Positions 38,098 through 45,701 of a stretch of 64,000 nucleotides of DNA are shown piece after piece. The DNA is from Candidatus Krumholzibacteriota bacterium. Its GTDB lineage: Bacteria > Krumholzibacteriota > Krumholzibacteriia > JAJRXK01. Each line of letters begins with the position of its first letter. Positions within the stretch are counted from its first letter, which is position 1. Where the stretch lies: assembly GCA_963764625.1 (NCBI GenBank), contig CAVXTH010000009.1, positions 672,001-736,000 of the forward strand, given 5' to 3'. Position numbers and translations under genes: made by a program. A model generated the notes under the pieces. It did no database searches and was not told the origin of the DNA. It saw only the letters and a list, made by a program, of their open reading frames with translations.

Positions 38098-38934
38098 TCA
38101 GCTCACGAATTGGAGTGTCTTCACCTTGGGCAGGATTCCGGCTTCCGCTCCCATGTCGAGCAGCAGGCGTACCGCCTTCCGGCCCTGTTCTCCGTAGTCC
38201 AGAGTGTAGTCGTTGACATACATGCCCACGAATCGATCGGCGGTGTCGGCCCCCATGTCGCGAGCGTAGTTCAGTGCGTACTCGAGGGCTTCTTGCCGGT
38301 GCTCCAGCCCGTGGCGGATGCTGTGGAGCAGGACCTTGTTGATCTCGCTCATGCGCTCATCGCCCAGGTCCCGTCGGATAGCGTTGCCCCCCAAGGGGAG
38401 AGGCAGGCCCGTCTCCTTCTTCCACCACTGTCCGGTGTCCAGCAGCAGCTTCAATCCCTGTTGCGGATAGCTCAACTGACCCTCGTGAATGATCAGACCG
38501 GCCTCGAAGCTCCCGTCGGCCACTCTGGGAATGATCTGATCGAAGGGAATCACCTCGTAGTCGAACTCCGATTGCAGGATCAGCCGTAGGGCCAGGTAGG
38601 CCGTCGTCATCGTGCCGGGAATCGCGATCTTGGTTCCCTTCAGATCGGCAAGAGTGAGTCCGCTGTCCTGCCTGGTTACCACCATGGGACCGTAGTCGTC
38701 GCCCATGCTGCTTCCCGCGGGCAGTAGCGCGTACTTGTCCAACACGTAGGCGTAGGCGTGAATGGAGATCGCGGTGATGTGCAGCTCACCTCGCATTGCG
38801 CGCTCGTTGAGGGTCTGGATGTCTTGCAGGATGTGCTCGAAGGTGTACTCGCCGGTGGGGATCTTGTGGTGGGCCAAGGCCCAGAACATGAAGGCGTCAT
38901 CGGGATCGGGGCTGTGTCCGAGCGTCAGGTGCAT
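38098..38934 (-). CDS. mqnD: 1,4-dihydroxy-6-naphthoate synthase (futalosine menaquinone pathway)
   Basis: LGHSPDPDDAFMF, DIQTLN, TTAYL, IIHEGQL, GLPLPLGG and MYVNDYT motifs. Confidence 0.88.
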   Translation of the reverse strand: MHLTLGHSPDPDDAFMFWALAHHKIPTGEYTFEHILQDIQTLNERAMRGELHITAISIHAYAYVLDKYALLPAGSSMGDDYGPMVVTRQDSGLTLADLKGTKIAIPGTMTTAYLALRLILQSEFDYEVIPFDQIIPRVADGSFEAGLIIHEGQLSYPQQGLKLLLDTGQWWKKETGLPLPLGGNAIRRDLGDERMSEINKVLLHSIRHGLEHRQEALEYALNYARDMGADTADRFVGMYVNDYTLDYGEQGRKAVRLLLDMGAEAGILPKVKTLQFVS

Positions 38935-39017
38935 CGTGGTCCGCCAAGCTTGGGTACGAATGGTGCAAAACGTGCAAAGAATGCAGCTCGAGTGATCAAC
39001 TGAGGGGGGTTCCGCCC

Positions 39018-39096
39018 GGCCAAACTAGCAGAGGGTGCACTGGCTGGCAAGAAACGGACTCTCTTGCCGGGTGGTCTTCCATCGGCTAGCTTGGCC
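39018..39096. repeat. 79-bp imperfect inverted repeat in the mqnD/ferredoxin divergent spacer
   Basis: Colinear 35-nt arms, GGCCAAACTAGC...GGCAAGA and TCTTGCC...GCTAGCTTGGCC. By hand count 29 of 35 positions pair on the + strand, including 4 G-U. Confidence 0.6.
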
Positions 39097-39152
39097 CCTC
39101 CGAGGTCAGGCGGCCTGATTCTTTGATTTTCGGCAGAAACGGAGCCGGCAGC

Positions 39153-39434
39153 ATGCCAGAGGTCACATTTCTCAACGATGAGGTCACGGTGGAGGTGAAA
39201 CCGGGATCCACCGTGCAATTGGCGGCCCAGCTCGCCGGCAGCGCCCTGCCGTTCGGCTGCAGGGCCGGCACCTGTGGGACTTGCATTCTGCGCGTGGTGA
39301 GCGGTCTTCAGAGCCTGGAGGAGCCGGGCTTCGTGGAGGCCGATACTCTGGCCGAATTCGGCAAAGACGGGACGGTGTGCCGTCTCGGCTGTCAGCTCAT
39401 CGTCGAGGAAGAACCCATCTCGGTGAAATACTAA
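39153..39434 (+). CDS. [2Fe-2S] ferredoxin
   Basis: FGCRAGTCGTC...RLGCQ motif. ATG at 39153. Confidence 0.9.
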   Translation: MPEVTFLNDEVTVEVKPGSTVQLAAQLAGSALPFGCRAGTCGTCILRVVSGLQSLEEPGFVEADTLAEFGKDGTVCRLGCQLIVEEEPISVKY

Positions 39435-39574
39435 TTCGACTCGCGTTCTCTCGTGAGCGCATCCAACTGACGCTCACAGGTTTTCTGTCGGCCGGAGAGT
39501 CTTCCCAAGTACACGAGAATGGCCAACCAGACGATGCTGTAGGCCGAGAAAACCCACCAGAAATTGTGCGGCAT
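39431..39574 (-). CDS. ccmD: Heme exporter protein CcmD (47 aa; not in the supplied ORF track)
   Basis: Hand translation gives MPHNFWWVFSAYSIVWLAILVYLGRLSGRQKTCERQLDALTRERESN*. It has a TGATG overlap with ccmC, a GGAGG RBS, one TM helix with AY and a charged tail. Confidence 0.82.
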   Translation of the reverse strand: MPHNFWWVFSAYSIVWLAILVYLGRLSGRQKTCERQLDALTRERESN

Positions 39575-40254
39575 CAGTCCATACCTCCGGAGATTTGAAG
39601 TTCCTCGATTCTATCTTCGAGGCGAATTCCTCGAACGCGCGCGCGCAACAGGATGACGTAGAAGATCGTGAGCGTCGCCACTCCGACCAGCAGAGCGACG
39701 AGAAAGATGGGAGCGAGGCCGCTCTTCGCGCCGCCGCCGATGACGGGAGCCGGGTGCTGACTCGCCTTCACTCGATTCGCCAGATAGACGATGGGCACGC
39801 CCAGCCAGCCGATGATTCCGGTCACCGAGGCGAGGACACTGCGCCGATCGCGCTCGGGAACGGTTTCCCGCAGAATGAGATAGGCGAGGTAGATCAGCCA
39901 GAGCACCAGAGTGCTCGTGAGCCGGACGTCCCAGGTCCACCAGATTCCCCACACCGGCCGGGCCCATAGGGGGCCGGTGATGAGAACCAGGGTGGTGAAC
40001 ATCAGACCGACCTCGGCCGAGGCGGCGGCCCAGCGATCGTGATCGGGATTCCGCGAGGCGAGGTAACGCCCGCCCATGATCGCCGTCACGGTGAAGGCCA
40101 AGAATCCTACCCAGGCACAGGGTACGTGGATGAAGAAGATCTTCTGCACGTAGCCCTGCGTTCTCTCCAGCGGGATGTGGAGGAAGACGAGGTAGCACAG
40201 TGTCACCATGGCGATGGCGTCCAGGACCAGGAGTACTCGATCGATCGTGCGCAT
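39574..40254 (-). CDS. ccmC: Heme exporter / cytochrome c maturation protein CcmC
   Basis: IFFIHVP and the WWD motif WARPVWGIWWTWDVRLT, plus a second His (QHP). Confidence 0.92.
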   Translation of the reverse strand: MRTIDRVLLVLDAIAMVTLCYLVFLHIPLERTQGYVQKIFFIHVPCAWVGFLAFTVTAIMGGRYLASRNPDHDRWAAASAEVGLMFTTLVLITGPLWARPVWGIWWTWDVRLTSTLVLWLIYLAYLILRETVPERDRRSVLASVTGIIGWLGVPIVYLANRVKASQHPAPVIGGGAKSGLAPIFLVALLVGVATLTIFYVILLRARVRGIRLEDRIEELQISGGMD

Positions 40255-40255
40255 C

Positions 40256-40936
40256 TCATTCCTCCAAAACGAATCCGTAGAGCAGAAAGCCCGCAATGAC
40301 AAAAATGAAGTCAAAACCGCCGAGAAGCCGCAACCACGCGTTCAATCCCTCGTTCCCGCCCGGGGTGAGAATGAGAGTTGTCGCCTCCACCGCAGCCATG
40401 ACCATGGGGGCAAGGATGGGAAGAAGCAAGACCGGAAGCATGACCTCGCGCAGACGACTCTTCTGCGAGACGACCGCGAAGACGGTTCCCACCGCCACGA
40501 ATCCCAGGGTTCCCAGCAGCAGGACGAGAAAGAACCAGGGGGTGAGATGCCGCTGATCTAGGTCGAACCATACGATGGAGAAAATCAGAACGACCGCTTC
40601 ACCCGCCGCCATGAAGAGGGAGTGGGAGAGGAACTTTCCCAAATACACGGCACCCCGATCGGCCGGGCTCAACAACAAACCAATGGTGCCTCCGTCTTGG
40701 GAATCGCGCGCGGCGCTGCGTCCCAGGCCCAGCATTCCCGCGAAAAGGTAAGCGGTCCACAGGCATCCCGGTACGACGTCCTCGCGGGCGTGACGCGCCG
40801 GATCGAAGGCAAACACGAAAGTGACCACGGTGAGAAGGCCGAACATGATCACGGTGGTGAGCACGTCCTTCTGCCGCCACTCGGCCGAAACGTCGCGGCG
40901 GAATACCGCAGTGGCTACTTCGAGAAACCCTCTCAT
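40256..40936 (-). CDS. ccmB: Heme exporter permease CcmB
   Basis: Six-TM pattern with D..DG...GLLLSP, YLGK and LLPILAP. It lies between ccmA and ccmC. Confidence 0.9.
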   Translation of the reverse strand: MRGFLEVATAVFRRDVSAEWRQKDVLTTVIMFGLLTVVTFVFAFDPARHAREDVVPGCLWTAYLFAGMLGLGRSAARDSQDGGTIGLLLSPADRGAVYLGKFLSHSLFMAAGEAVVLIFSIVWFDLDQRHLTPWFFLVLLLGTLGFVAVGTVFAVVSQKSRLREVMLPVLLLPILAPMVMAAVEATTLILTPGGNEGLNAWLRLLGGFDFIFVIAGFLLYGFVLEE

Positions 40937-41646
40937 GCCCTGGCTTCCGCGATTTCGGAGAGGTGAACCGCCCAACCCGCGGCGTCGCGCTCAGAAGCAG
41001 GAGACTCTTCCACCTTGCGCCCACGATGGAGAATGACCGCCCGATCGCTCCAGCTCAGAACACGCTCGAGCTGATGGGTGGCGAGGATGATCGCGCGGCC
41101 CTTGTGCTTCTCGGCGCGCAGCCTTCCGGCCAGATCACGGCAGCCCGCCGCGTCGAGGCCGGTGAATGGTTCGTCGAGAATGAGCAAATCGGGTTCGTGC
41201 AAAAGGGCTCGCGCCAAGCTCAACCTCTGCCGCATTCCACGACTGAACCCACTCACGCGATCGTGCGCCCGGTGGTCGAGTTCCACCTCGGCGAGGGCCT
41301 CATCGGCAAGGTCCTTGATTTTGCTCAGGCCGAAGAGCGAACCGTAGTAGAGCAGGTTTTCGCGCGCGGTCAGTGCGTCATCGAGCAGAGTGGCATGGGC
41401 GACGTAGCCGATGCGGCGGCGAATCTCGGACGCACGCTTCCTCGGATCGAGATCGAAAATGGTGAGATCGCCCTCGGTGGGACGGTGCAGCGTGGCCAGG
41501 AGGGTCAGCAGAGTCGATTTTCCCGCGCCATTCGCCCCCAGAAGCGCAACCGCAGCTCCCGCCGCAAGTTCCAAGTCGACTTTTCTCAGGGCCCAGGAAC
41601 GCCCGTAGCGTCGGGATAGGCCGTGCGCCTGCAGAACGGAACTCAC
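40933..41646 (-). CDS. ccmA: Heme ABC exporter ATP-binding protein CcmA
   Basis: GANGAGKST, LTARENL, FSRGMRQR and LDEPFTGLD motifs, in ccm context. Confidence 0.9.
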   Translation of the reverse strand: MSSVLQAHGLSRRYGRSWALRKVDLELAAGAAVALLGANGAGKSTLLTLLATLHRPTEGDLTIFDLDPRKRASEIRRRIGYVAHATLLDDALTARENLLYYGSLFGLSKIKDLADEALAEVELDHRAHDRVSGFSRGMRQRLSLARALLHEPDLLILDEPFTGLDAAGCRDLAGRLRAEKHKGRAIILATHQLERVLSWSDRAVILHRGRKVEESPASERDAAGWAVHLSEIAEARA

Positions 41647-41647
41647 C

Positions 41648-42583
41648 TCAGGCCTTTCCCACCGGTTTGCGTCCAGCAGAGCCCTTGGCCTTGAGTGGGT
41701 TTCGCTTCAGCAGTCGTTCCCGTTGCTCGAGGAACGCTTCACGACTCAGATTGCCGCTCACGTAGCGGTCCTCGAGGTGTTGGAGATCCACTTGGCGCTT
41801 CGATTTCGCACTCTGGTCTCGCTGAGGGTCTCCGCGGAAGGAGACCGCGTACAGAAGGCCGGAGCCCAGGACCACCGCGAGGAAGAGGAAGATCAAGATC
41901 CGAGAGTGGGATTCCCCGAAGCGATTCGGTTTGATCATCACCTGCCACTTTTCCTCCTGGGCCGGAGGCGTGACGGTGGGGGGAGCGGCCGCGGTCGGAG
42001 GAGGAGCAGCGCTACCGCCGCTCAGGGCCAGATGGATCTGGCCCTTCTGGCTGAGCGCCGGGAGAGTGTAGGTGGCGAAGCCCGCCATCACCGAGCTGCT
42101 CTCCCGTTTGGCTCCACTTCCTTCGACCACCATGTCCATCGGCTGGACGAAGACGTTCAGAGTCGCGACGGGATAGTCGAAGCTGGGGCTGAAATCCAGC
42201 TTGCCCGGATACTTGGCGGAGTAACTGAGAGTGATCGAGGTTCTTCCCGGCACCAGTTTCGCGACTAACCCACGCCGGGTGGAACCGTCGCCCGCAACCG
42301 GAAGGTCCACCTGTCTGCGGCTGCCCTCTGAGCTCACCACCGCGGTGACTTTGCCCTCGATCTGGTAGGGAAGCTCGAAGGAAAGGCCGTTGCCGGACGG
42401 GCTCAACTCCTCATCTGAGGAGTTCGTGAAGGAGTACGCTTCTTTCACCAAGAGCTGGTCGCCATCGCGTTGCAAGGTCGCGCGATAGAAGGAAATCTCG
42501 ACCTCGCCGGCTGCCGCAACGCCGGTCGAAAGAAGCAGAAACGAAGCGGCCAAGAGCGTGCAAACGAGCTTGGGGAAACTCAC
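41648..42583 (-). CDS. Hypothetical exported, membrane-anchored protein in the ccm cluster (beta-rich domain, Pro/Ala linker, TM, SHOCT-like tail)
   Basis: Signal peptide AAA-G, linker AAPPPTAAAPPT, TM ILIFLFLAVVLGSGLLYAV and tail LEDRYVSGNLSREAFLEQRERLL. Confidence 0.65.
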   Translation of the reverse strand: MSFPKLVCTLLAASFLLLSTGVAAAGEVEISFYRATLQRDGDQLLVKEAYSFTNSSDEELSPSGNGLSFELPYQIEGKVTAVVSSEGSRRQVDLPVAGDGSTRRGLVAKLVPGRTSITLSYSAKYPGKLDFSPSFDYPVATLNVFVQPMDMVVEGSGAKRESSSVMAGFATYTLPALSQKGQIHLALSGGSAAPPPTAAAPPTVTPPAQEEKWQVMIKPNRFGESHSRILIFLFLAVVLGSGLLYAVSFRGDPQRDQSAKSKRQVDLQHLEDRYVSGNLSREAFLEQRERLLKRNPLKAKGSAGRKPVGKA

Positions 42584-42596
42584 GAGCGTGTCCTTT

Positions 42597-43016
42597 TCAT
42601 CGATGCTGTGACACCTTCGTGCCGCAAGAGGAACAGAATCGATCCGCCCCGGTCAACGCCGTCCCGCACTGGGTGCAGAAGAGCCCCTTGGGCTTGGCCT
42701 TCTCTTTCGCGACTTCCCCTGGGGAGAGGAGATCGTTGCTCTCTCGCAGAAGATCGAGTTGTTCGAACGTCTCCATGGCCTGTCGTTTCAAATTCGCGCG
42801 CAGACTGGTGTAGTCTTCTTCGGACAGCTTGCCCATGTTGTATTCGAAATCGAGATCGTCGATGTTCTGCAGAAGAGTTTCCTTGCGCTGACCCAATCTT
42901 CCGATGGGCGTGTCGCTCTTGCTCGTCGTCAGGATCTGGAGATTTCCCCGCATGAACGGACGAAAGCAAAACGCGACCGAAACCACCGCGAGGAGGAGGA
43001 GCAGGAGTTCACTCAT
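42597..43016 (-). CDS. Membrane-anchored zinc-ribbon protein (CcmI/CycH N-terminal-like)
   Basis: N-terminal TM, IDDLDFEYNMGKLSEEDY and C-terminal FCTQCG...FCSSCG. ATG 43016 overlaps the ccmF stop. Confidence 0.75.
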   Translation of the reverse strand: MSELLLLLLAVVSVAFCFRPFMRGNLQILTTSKSDTPIGRLGQRKETLLQNIDDLDFEYNMGKLSEEDYTSLRANLKRQAMETFEQLDLLRESNDLLSPGEVAKEKAKPKGLFCTQCGTALTGADRFCSSCGTKVSQHR

Positions 43017-45001
43017 GCCTCGATCCATCCCTTCCGCGGAGGCAACAAGCAGAGCAGAGTGCCCAGCACCATGACGATGCCGCCCGTCCACAGCCACATC
43101 ACCAGCGGGTTGACATAGGCCTGGACGATCGCCTTGGTCTGATCTTCGTTGAGGCCGGCGAAGACGAGATAGAGATCATCACGGGTGGACGAGTGAATGG
43201 CCACCTCGCTGGTGGGTTGCTCACTCGCGTAGTAGAAGCGCTTCTCGGGAAATACCTTCCCCACCGGCGCTCCCGCCCTCGTGACGTCCATCGCGAGGAT
43301 TCCGGACCAGTAGTTGGGATTGGCCTCCGACTCGCGGATTTCGTTCAGATGAAGTGTATAGCCGCCAACCTTGAAACTCTCGCCCTCTCCGATGACTCCC
43401 TGGCTCTCCTTCACGAAAGCCGAGCCGGTGGCGCCGAGAAACACCAGTACCATCGCGAAGTGGACGATGTACCCGCCGTAGCGGCGGTTGTTCTTGCGGG
43501 TGAGGTTGATCAGAGCAGTGAAATAGTTTTCGCGAATCGTCTTGCGACGCGCGGTGACGCCCTTGTGAAATTCCTGCACGATGGTGAGCGTCACGAAAGT
43601 GCATAGCACCAGTGACAGCAACGCCCAGAATCCCCGCACTCCCAGAAGGTACAGGACGGGAGCCGAGACCACGGCGAGGGCCACCGGCATCGTGAAGTTC
43701 TTGCGCAGGCTCTTGCCGCTGGTTCTGCGGTAGGCGAGTAGCGGGCCCACCCCGACGAGAAAGAGCAATAAGAGACCAATGGGCACTTCCACCATGTTGA
43801 AGTACGAGGGACCCACCGTGACGTTCGTGCCGGTAAACAACTCGCTCAGAATGGGGAAGACGGTTCCGAAGAGTACGCTGAAGGTCGCGGCCAAGAGGAC
43901 CAGGTTGTTGAACAGGAAGCCGCTCTCCCGGCTCACCATGCTGTCGAGTTTGTTCTCGCTCTTGAGGTAGGGCAGGCGCGAGATGATCAGAGCGGTGATG
44001 CCGGCCAGCACGATGAGAATGAAGGTGGCGAAGGGGACGCCGATGTTCGAGCGCGCGAAGGAGTGAACACTGCTCACCACGCCGCTGCGGGTGAGGAAAG
44101 TGCCCAGGATCACTAGGAGATAGGTGACGGAGATCAGCGATACGTTCCAGACCTTCAGCATCCCCCGCTTCTCCTGCAGGATCACCGAATGCAGGAAGGC
44201 GGTGCCGGCGAGCCAGGGCATGAGAGAAGCGTTCTCGACCGGGTCCCAGCCCCAGTAGCCACCCCATCCCAGCTCCATGTAGGCCCATTTGGCCCCCATG
44301 ATGATTCCCACGCCCAAGAAGAGCCAGGTGAATAAAGTCCAACGTCGAATGGTGACGACCCAGGCGCTTCCGAGCTGCCGGGTGATCAGGGCCGCCACGC
44401 AGAACGCGAAGGGCACCACGAAACCGGTGTACCCGATGTAGAGAATGGGCGGGTGAATCACCATCCAGTAATTCTGCAGCAACGGGTTGAGTCCGTTTCC
44501 GTCGGCCGGAGCCCAGGCACGAGCGGCGCCGGTGGTCTGCGAGACGGCAAAGAGCTGCTGAAAGGGATTGCTGGCGAAATTGTTCAGACAGAGAAAGAAC
44601 ACCGCGGTTCCCATCATGACCGCGGTCGCGATGGGAAGAAGCCGGTTGTGGCGGTCCTTCTGGGTAAGCACCGCCGCGACCGAATACGCACTCACGCACC
44701 AGGTCCACAGCAGCAGCGAACCCGACTGGCCGGCCCAGAGCGAGCCCATCTTGTAGAAGAGAGGCAGGTCACGGTTGCTCTCGCTCGCGACGTAGGCGAA
44801 GTGAAACTGATCGGTCACGAGCAGCGTGACGAGCATTACCATGGCCAGACTGACCATGGCGAACACGACGCCCACCGCGCGCTGACCGCTCTCGGTAAGA
44901 CGGCCGTTATCGCGCATCGATCCCAGGACCGAACTCAGCACCGCGTAGACCGCGAATGCCAGCGCAGCCATCAAGGCTACATTCCCGATGTCAGCAATCA
45001 T
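43013..45001 (-). CDS. ccmF: Cytochrome c heme lyase CcmF
   Basis: WAGQSGSLLLW, IHPP, WGGYWGWDPVENAS, TRSG..SVHSF and IVHF motifs. Confidence 0.95.
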   Translation of the reverse strand: MIADIGNVALMAALAFAVYAVLSSVLGSMRDNGRLTESGQRAVGVVFAMVSLAMVMLVTLLVTDQFHFAYVASESNRDLPLFYKMGSLWAGQSGSLLLWTWCVSAYSVAAVLTQKDRHNRLLPIATAVMMGTAVFFLCLNNFASNPFQQLFAVSQTTGAARAWAPADGNGLNPLLQNYWMVIHPPILYIGYTGFVVPFAFCVAALITRQLGSAWVVTIRRWTLFTWLFLGVGIIMGAKWAYMELGWGGYWGWDPVENASLMPWLAGTAFLHSVILQEKRGMLKVWNVSLISVTYLLVILGTFLTRSGVVSSVHSFARSNIGVPFATFILIVLAGITALIISRLPYLKSENKLDSMVSRESGFLFNNLVLLAATFSVLFGTVFPILSELFTGTNVTVGPSYFNMVEVPIGLLLLFLVGVGPLLAYRRTSGKSLRKNFTMPVALAVVSAPVLYLLGVRGFWALLSLVLCTFVTLTIVQEFHKGVTARRKTIRENYFTALINLTRKNNRRYGGYIVHFAMVLVFLGATGSAFVKESQGVIGEGESFKVGGYTLHLNEIRESEANPNYWSGILAMDVTRAGAPVGKVFPEKRFYYASEQPTSEVAIHSSTRDDLYLVFAGLNEDQTKAIVQAYVNPLVMWLWTGGIVMVLGTLLCLLPPRKGWIEA

Positions 45002-45051
45002 GAGGAGATGACTCCGTGCGATGAATTGGGGAATCCCACTCTTTCAAGACC

Positions 45052-45471
45052 CTAGGCGCTATCCCCGGTAGGCTTGGCCGCTTCGGGGCCGTAGTCGGCT
45101 TCGTACTTGGAGGCACACTTGGCCTGGATTTTCTGCCCGACGAAGACACCCTGCTCGTTCAAGGTCCCATCTACCACCGCCTGCACGCCGTCCTTGAAGG
45201 TGTCGGGAACCGGGTCGGAACCCACGTAGCGCACTGGATAGTGAGCGCCCTCGTACTCGAGGGTGAACTGCAGGATATGGCCATCACGGCGAATCGAACC
45301 GTTTTTGACCACTCCTGCGATCTTGATCGGATGGCCCACGGCTCTGCTGCCCATTTCGGCGACTTCATCACAGGTGTGATAGTAGCGCTTGCCCTTCTGG
45401 AAGCCCTGGACGGAAAGATAGGCCACGGCTGCCACGATGAGGCAGATTCCGATGAGGAAACGGAACTTCAT
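45052..45471 (-). CDS. ccmE: Cytochrome c maturation heme chaperone CcmE, CxxxY variant
   Basis: N-terminal TM, PDTFKDG..AVVDG and AKCASKY (Cys in place of the HxxxY His). Confidence 0.92.
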   Translation of the reverse strand: MKFRFLIGICLIVAAVAYLSVQGFQKGKRYYHTCDEVAEMGSRAVGHPIKIAGVVKNGSIRRDGHILQFTLEYEGAHYPVRYVGSDPVPDTFKDGVQAVVDGTLNEQGVFVGQKIQAKCASKYEADYGPEAAKPTGDSA

Positions 45472-45701
45472 GATCGAAGGTCCTCCTTTCGGGCCACGCC
45501 GAAAGAGGCAGGGGGAATCCAGCGCCAATATAGGCGGGTGGGGGGTCCTTTCCAACGGCTTCTTGGCCAAAAAGGAGGCCGTCTGCCGAGCTTGGCATTC
45601 GCGCGCGCGCGCCAGCGCGTCCGAGCGCCTTGCGGAGGCAACGGCGATCCGTCTACAATCGAAGTCAGGATAAGATCATCTCCAGCAAACGGCATCATTT
45701 C

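Noticed and set aside
45600-45612. (CG)n run upstream of the large secreted protein
   Set aside because: It is short and unremarkable in a GC-rich genome, with no evidence of phase variation.
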